A DNA stretch of 38,029 nucleotides from Savagea sp. (GTDB lineage Bacteria > Bacillota > Bacilli > Bacillales_A > Planococcaceae): assembly GCA_030152265.1 (NCBI GenBank), contig JASLHQ010000115.1, positions 1 through 38,029 on the forward strand. Reading direction: 5' to 3'. Shown piece after piece: positions 1 through 8,780 of the stretch. Made by a program: the position numbers and the translations under genes. How positions within the stretch are numbered: position 1 is the stretch's first letter; each line of letters starts with the position of its first letter. The notes under the pieces are model-generated. The model was given only the letters and a program-made list of their open reading frames with translations, was not told the origin of the DNA and did not search any database.

Positions 1-60
1 TGGACCCGCTAATACACGGCTGAAGTCTAAAATCTTAACGCCTTCTAGCGCTTTTTTCAT
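1..60 (-). CDS. CaiB/BaiF family III CoA-transferase, N-terminal 20 aa only (runs off the window)
   Basis: Reverse complement of 60..1 reads MKKALEGVKILDFSRVLAGP, the typical family III CoA-transferase N-terminus. RBS-like GAAGGGAG lies upstream. Not in the ORF track because it is truncated. Confidence 0.88.
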   Translation of the reverse strand, partial: MKKALEGVKILDFSRVLAGP

Positions 61-397
61 CTTTCAACTCTCCCTTCATATTTTGTATACGTTTTCATTA
101 TTGCAATGTAGTCGGGACATGGATAGATACAAATTTTATGATTATGTGCACTTTTTACAGTACACCCCTTCAAAAAGTATACGTTTATAAGATTTCAGCA
201 AAATACTTCTTCAAATTATCTAGTTAAAACTTAAGTGACATTAACTTTAACCTTAATAAGCACACATATCCTCGACATCACTATATCAATTTTTATAGAT
301 TTTCGTCTGTATATAGTGCAAGATTTCATAAAACATTCAACCTATACATCGTTTTATATCAACTTTATACTTATCAATAAGTTTTAATAAACAATTA

Positions 398-411
398 TGT
401 TAGCGCTTTCT
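398..411. promoter_or_regulatory. cre (CcpA) site upstream of the YjiH transporter
   Basis: TGTTAGCGCTTTCT matches TGWNANCGNTNWCA except at the last base; 19 bp before the ATG at 431. Confidence 0.65.
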
Positions 412-430
412 TTTTTGATGCGAAGGAGGA

Positions 431-1783
431 ATGGAATTGAATCAACAATTAGAACAACCGATTGCAAACAATCAACAAAGTATCAATCGCGCCACTCCAT
501 TAAATGTCTTTAAATTTTTCTTTTATAGTATTATAGGGATTGTCGTTTTCTTTATTCCTGTTGAATTTAATGGGAAATCCTCCATTATTTTAGATCATAT
601 TGTTACAATTATATCTGTATGGAGTCCAACATTCGTTACCTATTTCTCATTACTCGTTTTATTTATGGGTGCTGTTTACCCATTCATCACTAAAACTTGG
701 AATAATAGTAATGTAGACTTAATTTTTTCTTTATTTAAAATACTAGGTTTCATTGCAGGAGCGATGATTATTTTCGGAGTTGGTCCTGCTTGGTTATTTG
801 ATCCTTCGATGGGACCTTTCTTAATGGACAAACTTATTAAGCCAGTTAGCTTACTCGTTCCAATCGGGGCTATTTTTTTAGCTTTACTCGTCAGTTATGG
901 ATTACTTGAATTTGTCGGAATCTTTATGCAACCTGTTATGCGCCCAATTTTCAAAACTCCTGGACGCTCCGCAATTGATGCGGTAGCCTCATTCGTTGGA
1001 AGTTACTCAATTGGATTGCTCGTTACTAACCGAATTTATAACGAAGGGAAATACACATTTCGAGAAGCTGCTATCGTAGCAACTGGATTTTCTACCGTAT
1101 CTGTAACTTTTATGGTCGTGATTGCTAACACATTAAATATTATGGATAAATGGAATCTGTTTTTCTGGACAGCATTTATTATCACATTTATTGTAACCGC
1201 TATCACCGTTAGAATTTGGCCACTTTCTTCTTATAAAGATGAATATAAAACAGGGGAAGGATCTCCAGAAGTCATCGTTCGAAAAGATCGATTTAAAGTT
1301 GCATGGAGAGAAGCGATGATTGTCGCTGACACTACACCGAACCTACCAACTAATATATGGATAAATTTAAAAGATGGTCTGCGTATGACCTTCAACATTT
1401 TACCTACCATTATGTCTATTGGATTGTTAGGACTTGTATTAGCGACATTCACGCCTGTTTTCGACATATTAGGATATTTATTTGTCCCAATTACGTACTT
1501 ACTACAAGCACCTGAACCATTATTAACAGCAAAAGCTGCTGCTATTTCTATTTCAGAGATTTTCTTACCATCTTTACTTGTTACAGAAGCGATGGTAGCG
1601 ACGAAATTTATCGTTGCAGTATTGTCGGTTTCAGCTATTTTATTTTTCTCGGCGATTATTCCTACTATTTTAGCAACGGATATTAGAATCAGCATTCGCG
1701 ACTTAATCATCATTTGGTTTGAACGTGTCGTATTAACTTTAATTATCGTTATCCCATTAACGGTCTATGTGTTTGCTTTATAA
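431..1783 (+). CDS. YjiH-family membrane transporter (nucleoside-recognition GATE domains)
   Basis: 450-aa polytopic protein with motifs YGLLEFVG, MRPIFKTPGRSAIDAVASFVGS and ATGFSTVS. RBS GAAGGAGG. Confidence 0.8.
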   Translation: MELNQQLEQPIANNQQSINRATPLNVFKFFFYSIIGIVVFFIPVEFNGKSSIILDHIVTIISVWSPTFVTYFSLLVLFMGAVYPFITKTWNNSNVDLIFSLFKILGFIAGAMIIFGVGPAWLFDPSMGPFLMDKLIKPVSLLVPIGAIFLALLVSYGLLEFVGIFMQPVMRPIFKTPGRSAIDAVASFVGSYSIGLLVTNRIYNEGKYTFREAAIVATGFSTVSVTFMVVIANTLNIMDKWNLFFWTAFIITFIVTAITVRIWPLSSYKDEYKTGEGSPEVIVRKDRFKVAWREAMIVADTTPNLPTNIWINLKDGLRMTFNILPTIMSIGLLGLVLATFTPVFDILGYLFVPITYLLQAPEPLLTAKAAAISISEIFLPSLLVTEAMVATKFIVAVLSVSAILFFSAIIPTILATDIRISIRDLIIIWFERVVLTLIIVIPLTVYVFAL

Positions 1784-1824
1784 ACAACTTTTATTTCATA
1801 ATTAAATGTAACTTGTTGAAAACG

Positions 1825-2006
1825 AAAAGAGACTGAGACAAAACCTATCTCTGAAATGAAAAAGCCGATCCACTTTTATAATTCGTAAAAGTGGATCAGC
1901 TTTATTAAATTACTAGTTAAAATAGAATAAAAGATTAAAAAAGTCGAACTTGAGCAGCTCAAGTTCGACTTTTTTAATTTTGACTAGTTATGTCCAAGCC
2001 TCTTTT
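1825..2006. mobile_element. MITE-like / IS-end remnant with imperfect terminal inverted repeats and two internal hairpins
   Basis: Left arm AAAAGAGACTGAGACAAAAC (1825-1844) matches the reverse complement of 1987-2006, AAAAGAGGCTTGGACATAAC, at 16/20. Internal hairpins at 1861-1903 and 1934-1978. No ORF. Confidence 0.55.
1934..1978. terminator. Perfect 22-bp-arm inverted repeat; probable bidirectional terminator between convergent genes
   Basis: ATTAAAAAAGTCGAACTTGAGC-A-GCTCAAGTTCGACTTTTTTAAT, with A and T tracts in the arms. Confidence 0.7.
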
Positions 2007-2072
2007 GCAACTTCTCCAAAATCACATTTACCATTACTTCGTATCTTTTTCTTTCATCTTCCTATACTATCT

Positions 2073-2621
2073 TTATGAAAATAGTGGCAACTCCTCTAAA
2101 TAAATAATATCATCTCGCTCTGACGCTGATCCTTCTGCTAAAATAGCTGCTTTTGCAACGACGACGCCACCTGCTGCTTCGACTAGTTGTTCTAAAGCTG
2201 CGAGCGATTGTCCTGTGCTAATGACATCATCGATTAGCGCGACACGTTTTCCTCGAATTGCTTCGACGTCTTTTTCGTCCAAACATAGCATTTGTTCTTC
2301 TGTCGTCGTAATTGACTTTACTTTCTGTATGAGCGGTGTACCCATATACGCTTTAATACTTTTTCGTGCGACGTAATAGCGCGACATATGTAATACAGCA
2401 CTCAATTCATGAGCGAGCGGTATCCCTTTCGCTTCCGCTGACACGATGACATCAACTTCCGGCAAACGCTCTGCTAAAAGAGGTGCTGTTGCTTTAACCA
2501 TTTCTGTATCACCTAAAAGAACGAAACTCGCAATGACCGTATCTTCTGAAACTCTCATTAACGGAAGTTCTCTTGTTAAACCTGCTACGTGTAATGTATA
2601 TGTTCGTTTCAATTTTCTCAT
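2073..2621 (-). CDS. Purine phosphoribosyltransferase family protein (adenine PRTase-like)
   Basis: AEAKGIPLA and PRPP-binding motif VALIDDVISTGQS. Start uncertain: TTG 2630, ATG 2621 or TTG 2612. Confidence 0.85.
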   Translation of the reverse strand: MRKLKRTYTLHVAGLTRELPLMRVSEDTVIASFVLLGDTEMVKATAPLLAERLPEVDVIVSAEAKGIPLAHELSAVLHMSRYYVARKSIKAYMGTPLIQKVKSITTTEEQMLCLDEKDVEAIRGKRVALIDDVISTGQSLAALEQLVEAAGGVVVAKAAILAEGSASERDDIIYLEELPLFS

Positions 2622-2622
2622 C

Positions 2623-3678
2623 CTATTCAAATAATGATAATAATATTTGTGTAATAATTCCAGCGAGCATTCCTAAAAATGGATCGGTCAGTGCTGTGAC
2701 AGCCATCGTCACGCCACCTACAACAGAATCTTCGCCTCCCGCTAATGCTGCGGTCGCATTCGTCGGCAATGTGACAAGTAATCCTAGTACGAATAAAAAG
2801 CCCGCGATACTCGTACTCGGAATAAATCGTCCAATTTTCGGTAAAAGTCCTGCAAGTAAAATGACACCCATCATCACCATCATTAAAACGCCTGCGAACA
2901 CAGCATGTGGCGCTGTAGATGTAGCAGATATAACGACTTCTACTGGTGCTCCTCCAAATAATGCAGAAACCATATCTGCAATACTGCTAATGACTGTTAA
3001 ATGATCGACATTTACTTCTTGGTTGCCAATTTCACCATTTATTTTTCCAAACGCGATATTCGCTCCTATGTTTAACGCAACCATAGCGAGTGCACCACGA
3101 ATAACTGTTTGATTCACCGTTAACTTTTGCAATTGTAATTTCTCATTATCTAAAGGGGGAATCGGCGCAATCGTCCCTGCTATACGGCCGACAATACTAG
3201 ATAAGACGACAGAACCTAATATTGTATATACTAAGTCTTTCGTCAAAAAGTAGATCAGCACCGCAGAAACTAAAGATGATGCCCCCACTAAGCGGTCTGA
3301 TTTCGTCATATCGATGGAAACTTTCGCTAACATAATCCCTACACCCGCCATCATACCGTTCGTAATAATCGGCCCAATAAATTCAACAATTTTTTCCAAA
3401 AAACCGAACAATCCGATGATGAGCATAATTGCTGCTCCAAAGAAAATCATCGAGAGACGTTCTTTCATCGTTTTTCCCATCGTACCAGCTACGGTAATCG
3501 TTTCTGCTTGATAAGAAATGACAGATATCGATCCGACCGCTGTATTCCCAATCGCTCCTACAAAGAAGGCTAACGCGGTTGGAACAGATGCAAATCCGAA
3601 CGTTAATGCGAGTAACCCTTGAGGAAGACCATTTAATAAAACTCCTAATGCCGCTAAAAAATCCTTGAAATATTCCAC
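2623..3678 (-). CDS. NCS2/xanthine-uracil-guanine permease-like membrane protein
   Basis: 351-aa very hydrophobic protein, GTG start, abutting the PRTase gene, with PurR boxes upstream. Confidence 0.7.
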   Translation of the reverse strand: MEYFKDFLAALGVLLNGLPQGLLALTFGFASVPTALAFFVGAIGNTAVGSISVISYQAETITVAGTMGKTMKERLSMIFFGAAIMLIIGLFGFLEKIVEFIGPIITNGMMAGVGIMLAKVSIDMTKSDRLVGASSLVSAVLIYFLTKDLVYTILGSVVLSSIVGRIAGTIAPIPPLDNEKLQLQKLTVNQTVIRGALAMVALNIGANIAFGKINGEIGNQEVNVDHLTVISSIADMVSALFGGAPVEVVISATSTAPHAVFAGVLMMVMMGVILLAGLLPKIGRFIPSTSIAGFLFVLGLLVTLPTNATAALAGGEDSVVGGVTMAVTALTDPFLGMLAGIITQILLSLFE

Positions 3679-3716
3679 AAAAAAGGAACCACCTTCTCTT
3701 TAATTTACCCTTTATA

Positions 3717-3760
3717 AAAAACGAACATTTTATTGTTTTTTTAAAAGAACGTTCCTAATT
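3717..3760. promoter_or_regulatory. PurR operator (paired PurBoxes)
   Basis: AAAAACGAACATTT followed by an inverted weaker box. GAAC(3723-3726)-N24-GTTC(3751-3754) is the Bacillus PurR spacing motif. Confidence 0.72.
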
Positions 3761-3786
3761 ATACAGCGGTTACTTTTTCAGTGCAA
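3758..3786 (-). promoter_or_regulatory. sigmaA promoter of the permease-PRTase operon
   Basis: Minus strand TTGCAC(3786-3781)-N17-TATAAT(3763-3758). Confidence 0.75.
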
Positions 3787-3821
3787 TATCTTTTTTATCG
3801 TCTTTTTCATATGCCAACAAT

Positions 3822-3866
3822 AAAAAACAGAATTGTAAGCGAAGCGTACTCGCACAATTCCGTTTT
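3822..3866 (-). terminator. Rho-independent terminator of the yng-like operon
   Basis: Minus strand AAAACGGAATTGTGCGA...TCGCTTACAATTCTGTTTTTT: hairpin plus U tract. Confidence 0.7.
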
Positions 3867-3948
3867 CTATACTACTATTAAACTAATTTCGTGAATATAC
3901 ATTTTAGCTTTATTAAGCTTCATAATTGTCATCACATCTTCCTATCAA

Positions 3949-5478
3949 TTAGACAGGATGAACACCGTGCTTCCGTTCTGTGAATTGAAGTTCTTTCGTC
4001 TTATATAAATCGAGTTGTGTTTGCAATACTTGACGCAAATCATTCGGGTGAATGACTTCATCAATAATGAGTTCTGACGCTAAACGATACACGTCAATTT
4101 CTTCTTGATATTCTTCCCGCATCTTTTGAACGAATGCCGCTTGTTCCTCTTTCGGTAGTTCGGCAATTTTATTAGCATACACTGCATTTACAGCAGCTTC
4201 AGGACCCATAACAGCGATTTGTGCACCATCAAACGCAATGCAACAATCAGGTTCAAAAGCGGGGCCAGCCATCGCGTACAATCCCGCGCCATACGCTTTA
4301 CGAACAATGACTGTTAATTTGGGAACTGTCGCTTCGCTCATCGAAAAGATCATTTTTGCGCCATGACGAATGATTCCCATACGTTCTACTTGAGTACCGA
4401 TCATGAATCCAGGCACATCCGCTAAAAAAATGAGTGGAATATTAAATGCATCACATAAGGAAATGAATTTCGCTGCTTTATCTGCGGAATCATGGAACAA
4501 TACGCCACCTTTCACTCGAGGTTGATTCGCAATAATGCCGACCGATTGTCCATTAACTCGCGCTAATCCTGTAATGAGTTCAGCGGCAAACAATTTTTTC
4601 ACTTCACACCACGAACCTTCATCGATAAAACGCTCTATTAAATCATACATATTAAATGGGGCATTTTGATTTTTCGGCACTATTTCATCGATTGTCTTTT
4701 CAAATGTTGCTGGCATCTTTGGACTTTTCACTTCTGGTTTATGCTTATAATGACTTGGGAAGTAGCCGATATATTTGCGCGCATATTCAATCGCCTCTTC
4801 CTCCGTTGTAACGAGCACATCACCTACACCTGATACTGAACAATGCATGCGTGCTCCACCCATTTCTTCCAACGTCACTTTCTCACCAATAACCATCTCT
4901 GCCATGCGAGGTGATCCGAGATACATCGAGGCATTTCCTTCAACCATAATCACGATATCACAAAAAGCAGGGATGTATGCTCCACCTGCTGCTGACGGAC
5001 CGAATAGTAAACATACTTGCGGTACTTTACCACTCATTTTGACTTGATTATAGAAAATACGCCCCGCACCGCGACGCCCTGGAAACATTTCAATTTGATC
5101 CGTAATTCGTGCACCTGCAGAATCTACTAAATAAAATATAGGAACATTTAATTTATTCGCTTTTTCTTGAATGCGGATGATTTTTTCAACTGTACGCTTG
5201 CCCCAAGAACCCGCTTTTACAGTGGAGTCGTTCGCCATCACACATACCGTTTGTCCATTAATTTTACCCATTCCTGTAATGACGCCATCTGCTGGTAAAT
5301 CTTCTTCTAAACAATTCGCAAAGATGCCATCTTCTGACTGAAGCCCATCGTCTAACAATAAACGAAGACGCTCTCGCGCAAATAACTTTCCTTTTGCAGC
5401 ATTTGCTTCATGATACTTCGTTCGTCCTCCTTTTAATACTCGCTCTAAAATTTCACTTCCACGTTTTTCTTCACTCAT
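3949..5478 (-). CDS. yngE: Acyl-CoA (methylcrotonyl-CoA) carboxylase beta / carboxyltransferase subunit
   Basis: DSAGARI, GPSAAGGAYIP, LADVPGFMIG and RKAYGAG motifs; operon context. Confidence 0.88.
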   Translation of the reverse strand: MSEEKRGSEILERVLKGGRTKYHEANAAKGKLFARERLRLLLDDGLQSEDGIFANCLEEDLPADGVITGMGKINGQTVCVMANDSTVKAGSWGKRTVEKIIRIQEKANKLNVPIFYLVDSAGARITDQIEMFPGRRGAGRIFYNQVKMSGKVPQVCLLFGPSAAGGAYIPAFCDIVIMVEGNASMYLGSPRMAEMVIGEKVTLEEMGGARMHCSVSGVGDVLVTTEEEAIEYARKYIGYFPSHYKHKPEVKSPKMPATFEKTIDEIVPKNQNAPFNMYDLIERFIDEGSWCEVKKLFAAELITGLARVNGQSVGIIANQPRVKGGVLFHDSADKAAKFISLCDAFNIPLIFLADVPGFMIGTQVERMGIIRHGAKMIFSMSEATVPKLTVIVRKAYGAGLYAMAGPAFEPDCCIAFDGAQIAVMGPEAAVNAVYANKIAELPKEEQAAFVQKMREEYQEEIDVYRLASELIIDEVIHPNDLRQVLQTQLDLYKTKELQFTERKHGVHPV

Positions 5479-5502
5479 ATTTATTTCCCCCTACTCTTAT
5501 TG

Positions 5503-6282
5503 TTATTTCCCTTTGTAGTGCGGTGCGCGTTTTTCTTGGAAAGCTTGTAAACCTTCTAATCGATCTTCAGTCGGAATCAGTGTGGCATAAGCGAGCGATT
5601 CGATTTGGAGTCCTGTCTGTATGTCCACTTCCACTCCTTGATTGATCGCTACTTTCGCTTGACGAAGGGCAAGTGGTGCATTTCTAGCAATTTGCTTTGC
5701 ATATTTTACAGCTTCTTCTTGTAAATGTTCTGGAGAATAAAGCGCTTCCAATATTCCGTAACGAACTGCTTCCTCCGCTTGCAATCGACGCGCACTATAA
5801 ATGAGGGATTTCGCTTTGCCAATGCCAATGAGACGCGGCAATCGTTGCGTTCCTCCAGCTCCTGGAATAATGCCGAGCGAGGTCTCTGTCAAACCTACTG
5901 CCACATGATTACTAGCGATTCGCATGTCACATGCGAGCGCAAGCTCTAGCCCTCCTCCAAATGCCACACCATTCAATACAGCAATTACTGGCTGTGGCAA
6001 CAATTCTACTTTCCTAACGACCGAGCCAATAAGACTGACCGTTTGACTCACCTCTCGATTTGACATGCCTTTTCGTTCTCTTAAATCTGCTCCTGCACAA
6101 AATGCTTTCTCTCCTGCACCTGTCAATAAAACAACGCGAATGTCGAATGTTTTCGCAACTTCGTCTAACACTTCACTAAGGTCGTTTAATAATTGAATAG
6201 ACATCGCATTTGCCACCTCGGGACGGTTCAACGTAATGCGAGCAATCGTACGGTCAATCACTTCTATCTTGACGAGTGGCAT
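5503..6282 (-). CDS. yngF: Enoyl-CoA hydratase (methylglutaconyl-CoA hydratase-like)
   Basis: AFCAGADL, GGGLELALACD and GIIPGAGGTQRLPR crotonase motifs. Confidence 0.85.
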   Translation of the reverse strand: MPLVKIEVIDRTIARITLNRPEVANAMSIQLLNDLSEVLDEVAKTFDIRVVLLTGAGEKAFCAGADLRERKGMSNREVSQTVSLIGSVVRKVELLPQPVIAVLNGVAFGGGLELALACDMRIASNHVAVGLTETSLGIIPGAGGTQRLPRLIGIGKAKSLIYSARRLQAEEAVRYGILEALYSPEHLQEEAVKYAKQIARNAPLALRQAKVAINQGVEVDIQTGLQIESLAYATLIPTEDRLEGLQAFQEKRAPHYKGK

Positions 6283-7196
6283 GGATGTTCCCCCTCCTTT
6301 CCTAAGCGGTAAATATCCATCTGCTTGGACTTAACCGGTTCTCCTAATTGTCGTTCGATAAATAGGGCAGCTTGTAACAGTTTGTCCATATCGATACCTG
6401 TTTGTATCCCCATCCGATGGAACATGTATAGCAAGTCTTCTGTCGCAACATTCCCTGAAGCCCCTTTTGCATAAGGACATCCTCCAAGGCCGCCGATCGA
6501 ACTATCGAATTTAGTAATTCCCATTTCGAGAGATTTCACCACATTCGCTAATGCTGTCCCACGTGTATCATGAAAATGCATCGCAAACTGTTGTGCTTGA
6601 TACTTAGCAAGTAATACATCGAGCAGTGCTTCCACTTCATTGGGCGTTCCTACTCCTATCGTATCGCCTAATGAAATTTCGGTAACACCGAAACTAAATA
6701 GTCGATCCACCACTTCTAATACTTTTTTCGGTTGAATGTTTCCCTCAATCGGACAAGCAATGACGGTGGAAACATATCCACGCACAGTCATGTTCTCTTT
6801 TAGTGCTTCTTCAATGACTTCTTGTAATACTGGATAAGTATCTTCAATCGTTTTATTAATGTTGCTTTGATTATGACTTTCACTCGCTGACATAAATACA
6901 CTCGCTTCATCAATATTTACTTCAAGCGCTCTCTCAAGGCCTCGCATATTCGGCACTAATGCCGCATAAGTGATATCCTGTTCTCTTTTAATCGAACGCA
7001 ACACATCCGCTGCATCCTCTAATTGAGGAATCCATTTCGGATGAACGAACGATGTCACTTCAATATAAGATAAGCCTGTCTTCGACAACATATTTATCCA
7101 TTCAATCTTGTTCTGAGTATCGATTAATTGCGTTTCGTTTTGCAAACCATCCCGTGGCCCTACTTCTTTTACGACTACTTTTTCTGGTAACTGCAT
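6264..7196 (-). CDS. yngG: Hydroxymethylglutaryl-CoA lyase
   Basis: EVGPRDGLQNE, HFHDTRG and GGLGGCPYA motifs. Confidence 0.93.
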   Translation of the reverse strand: MQLPEKVVVKEVGPRDGLQNETQLIDTQNKIEWINMLSKTGLSYIEVTSFVHPKWIPQLEDAADVLRSIKREQDITYAALVPNMRGLERALEVNIDEASVFMSASESHNQSNINKTIEDTYPVLQEVIEEALKENMTVRGYVSTVIACPIEGNIQPKKVLEVVDRLFSFGVTEISLGDTIGVGTPNEVEALLDVLLAKYQAQQFAMHFHDTRGTALANVVKSLEMGITKFDSSIGGLGGCPYAKGASGNVATEDLLYMFHRMGIQTGIDMDKLLQAALFIERQLGEPVKSKQMDIYRLGKEGEHPCHSSR

Positions 7197-7210
7197 ACGC
7201 TCTATGCTCC

Positions 7211-7423
7211 TTATTCAATTTCAACGAGAGGTTCATCCACATTGACGAAATCCCCTTCATTCGTCACAATTTTAGTCACAGTGCCCGTTACCTCCGTTGA
7301 AATAGGAATTTCCATTTTCATCGACTCTAAAATGACAACGTCTTGTCCCGCTGTTACTTCGTCACCTTCATTAACTAAAACCTTCCATACTGATCCTGCC
7401 ATAGATGCTTTTACTGTCGTCAT
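7211..7423 (-). CDS. yngHB: Biotin carboxyl carrier protein
   Basis: 70 aa with ESMKME biotinylation motif. Confidence 0.9.
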   Translation of the reverse strand: MTTVKASMAGSVWKVLVNEGDEVTAGQDVVILESMKMEIPISTEVTGTVTKIVTNEGDFVNVDEPLVEIE

Positions 7424-7440
7424 ATAAATCCCTCCGCTTT

Positions 7441-8778
7441 TTATAAGTAATATTCATCAACAAATTTAGTCGTCGTCCGTCCTTTTTTAAACTGTTCATG
7501 TGTAATGACATCAAGAATCATAGGTATGTTCGTTTCAATTCCTTCTATTACATACTCTCGCAATGCTCGTTCTAAACGTTCAATCGCCTCATCACGCGTA
7601 CTCCCCCATGTAATGAGTTTGCCTATCATTGGATCATAGAAAGGTGTGACTACGGATCCGCTTTCTACCCCTACTTCATTCCTTACCCCTCTTCCTTCAG
7701 GCAAAACAAAATTGGTAATTGTTCCTGGAGATGGGAAAAATGTCTTTGGGTTTTCAGCGTAAATTCGAACTTCAATCGCATGCCCTTTTTTCTCCACATT
7801 GTTTCGAGTAAAACTTAATCGTTCTCCATTTGCTATTCGCAATTGCGCTTCCACTAAATCTAGTCCTGTAATTTCTTCCGTCACTGGATGCTCGACTTGC
7901 AACCTAGTATTCATCTCTAAAAAATAGAAGTTTTCATCAGCGTCCACTAAGTATTCAATAGTTCCGGCATTCGTATACCCGATATGTTTTGCCGCTTGTT
8001 CACTCGCTACTAACATTTTTTCACGCGTTTCTGATGAAATGAATGGAGACGGAGCTTCTTCAACTACTTTTTGATTGCGGCGTTGAATGGAACATTCGCG
8101 ATCAAATAATGCGACAGCATTGCCATGTTCGTCTACGATGAGTTGCACTTCGATATGATGCGCGTCTGAGACGAAACGTTCCATATACATCGTTCCTTCA
8201 CCAAAAAATGATTGCGCACGCTTTTGATTCCCTTCGAAAGCTGAAGCCATTTCTTCTCCACTATGAATGAGTTGCATCCCGATGCCACCGCCACCTACCG
8301 AAGCTTTTAACATAATAGGATAGCCGATTTCACCAGCGATTTTCACTGCTTCTTCTGCATCTTGTATCGCCACGTCAATTCCTTCTACAACTGGAACACC
8401 TGCCCCTTTCATCGTTTTGCGTGCTTCAAGCTTATCTCCCATTTTAGACATAACATCTGCTGATGGACCTATAAAGACGAGATCCGCATCTTCGCACGCT
8501 CTAACGAACTGGGCATTTTCTGAAAGGAGACCGTATCCAGGATGTACGGCCTCTGCTCCCGTTTTTTTTGCAATTTCTATAATTTTATCGATATTTAAAT
8601 AACTCTGGGCGACAGGTGGCTTTCCTACACAATAAGCTTCTGTAGCTTCTCGCACATGCAAACTGTTTTCATCTGCTTCTGAATAAATAGCCACTGTTTC
8701 AATTCCAAGACGGTCACACGTTCGAATAATTCGACGCGCAATTTCTCCACGATTAGCGATGAGAATTTTTTTAAACAT
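7441..8778 (-). CDS. yngHA: Biotin carboxylase subunit
   Basis: IANRGEIA, HPGYGLLSEN and EMNTRLQVEHPVTE motifs. Confidence 0.9.
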   Translation of the reverse strand: MFKKILIANRGEIARRIIRTCDRLGIETVAIYSEADENSLHVREATEAYCVGKPPVAQSYLNIDKIIEIAKKTGAEAVHPGYGLLSENAQFVRACEDADLVFIGPSADVMSKMGDKLEARKTMKGAGVPVVEGIDVAIQDAEEAVKIAGEIGYPIMLKASVGGGGIGMQLIHSGEEMASAFEGNQKRAQSFFGEGTMYMERFVSDAHHIEVQLIVDEHGNAVALFDRECSIQRRNQKVVEEAPSPFISSETREKMLVASEQAAKHIGYTNAGTIEYLVDADENFYFLEMNTRLQVEHPVTEEITGLDLVEAQLRIANGERLSFTRNNVEKKGHAIEVRIYAENPKTFFPSPGTITNFVLPEGRGVRNEVGVESGSVVTPFYDPMIGKLITWGSTRDEAIERLERALREYVIEGIETNIPMILDVITHEQFKKGRTTTKFVDEYYL

Positions 8779-8780
8779 CG

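Noticed and set aside
3679..3948. Purine riboswitch ahead of the permease
   Set aside because: No aptamer core was found; the predicted leader is too short and is occupied by PurBoxes.
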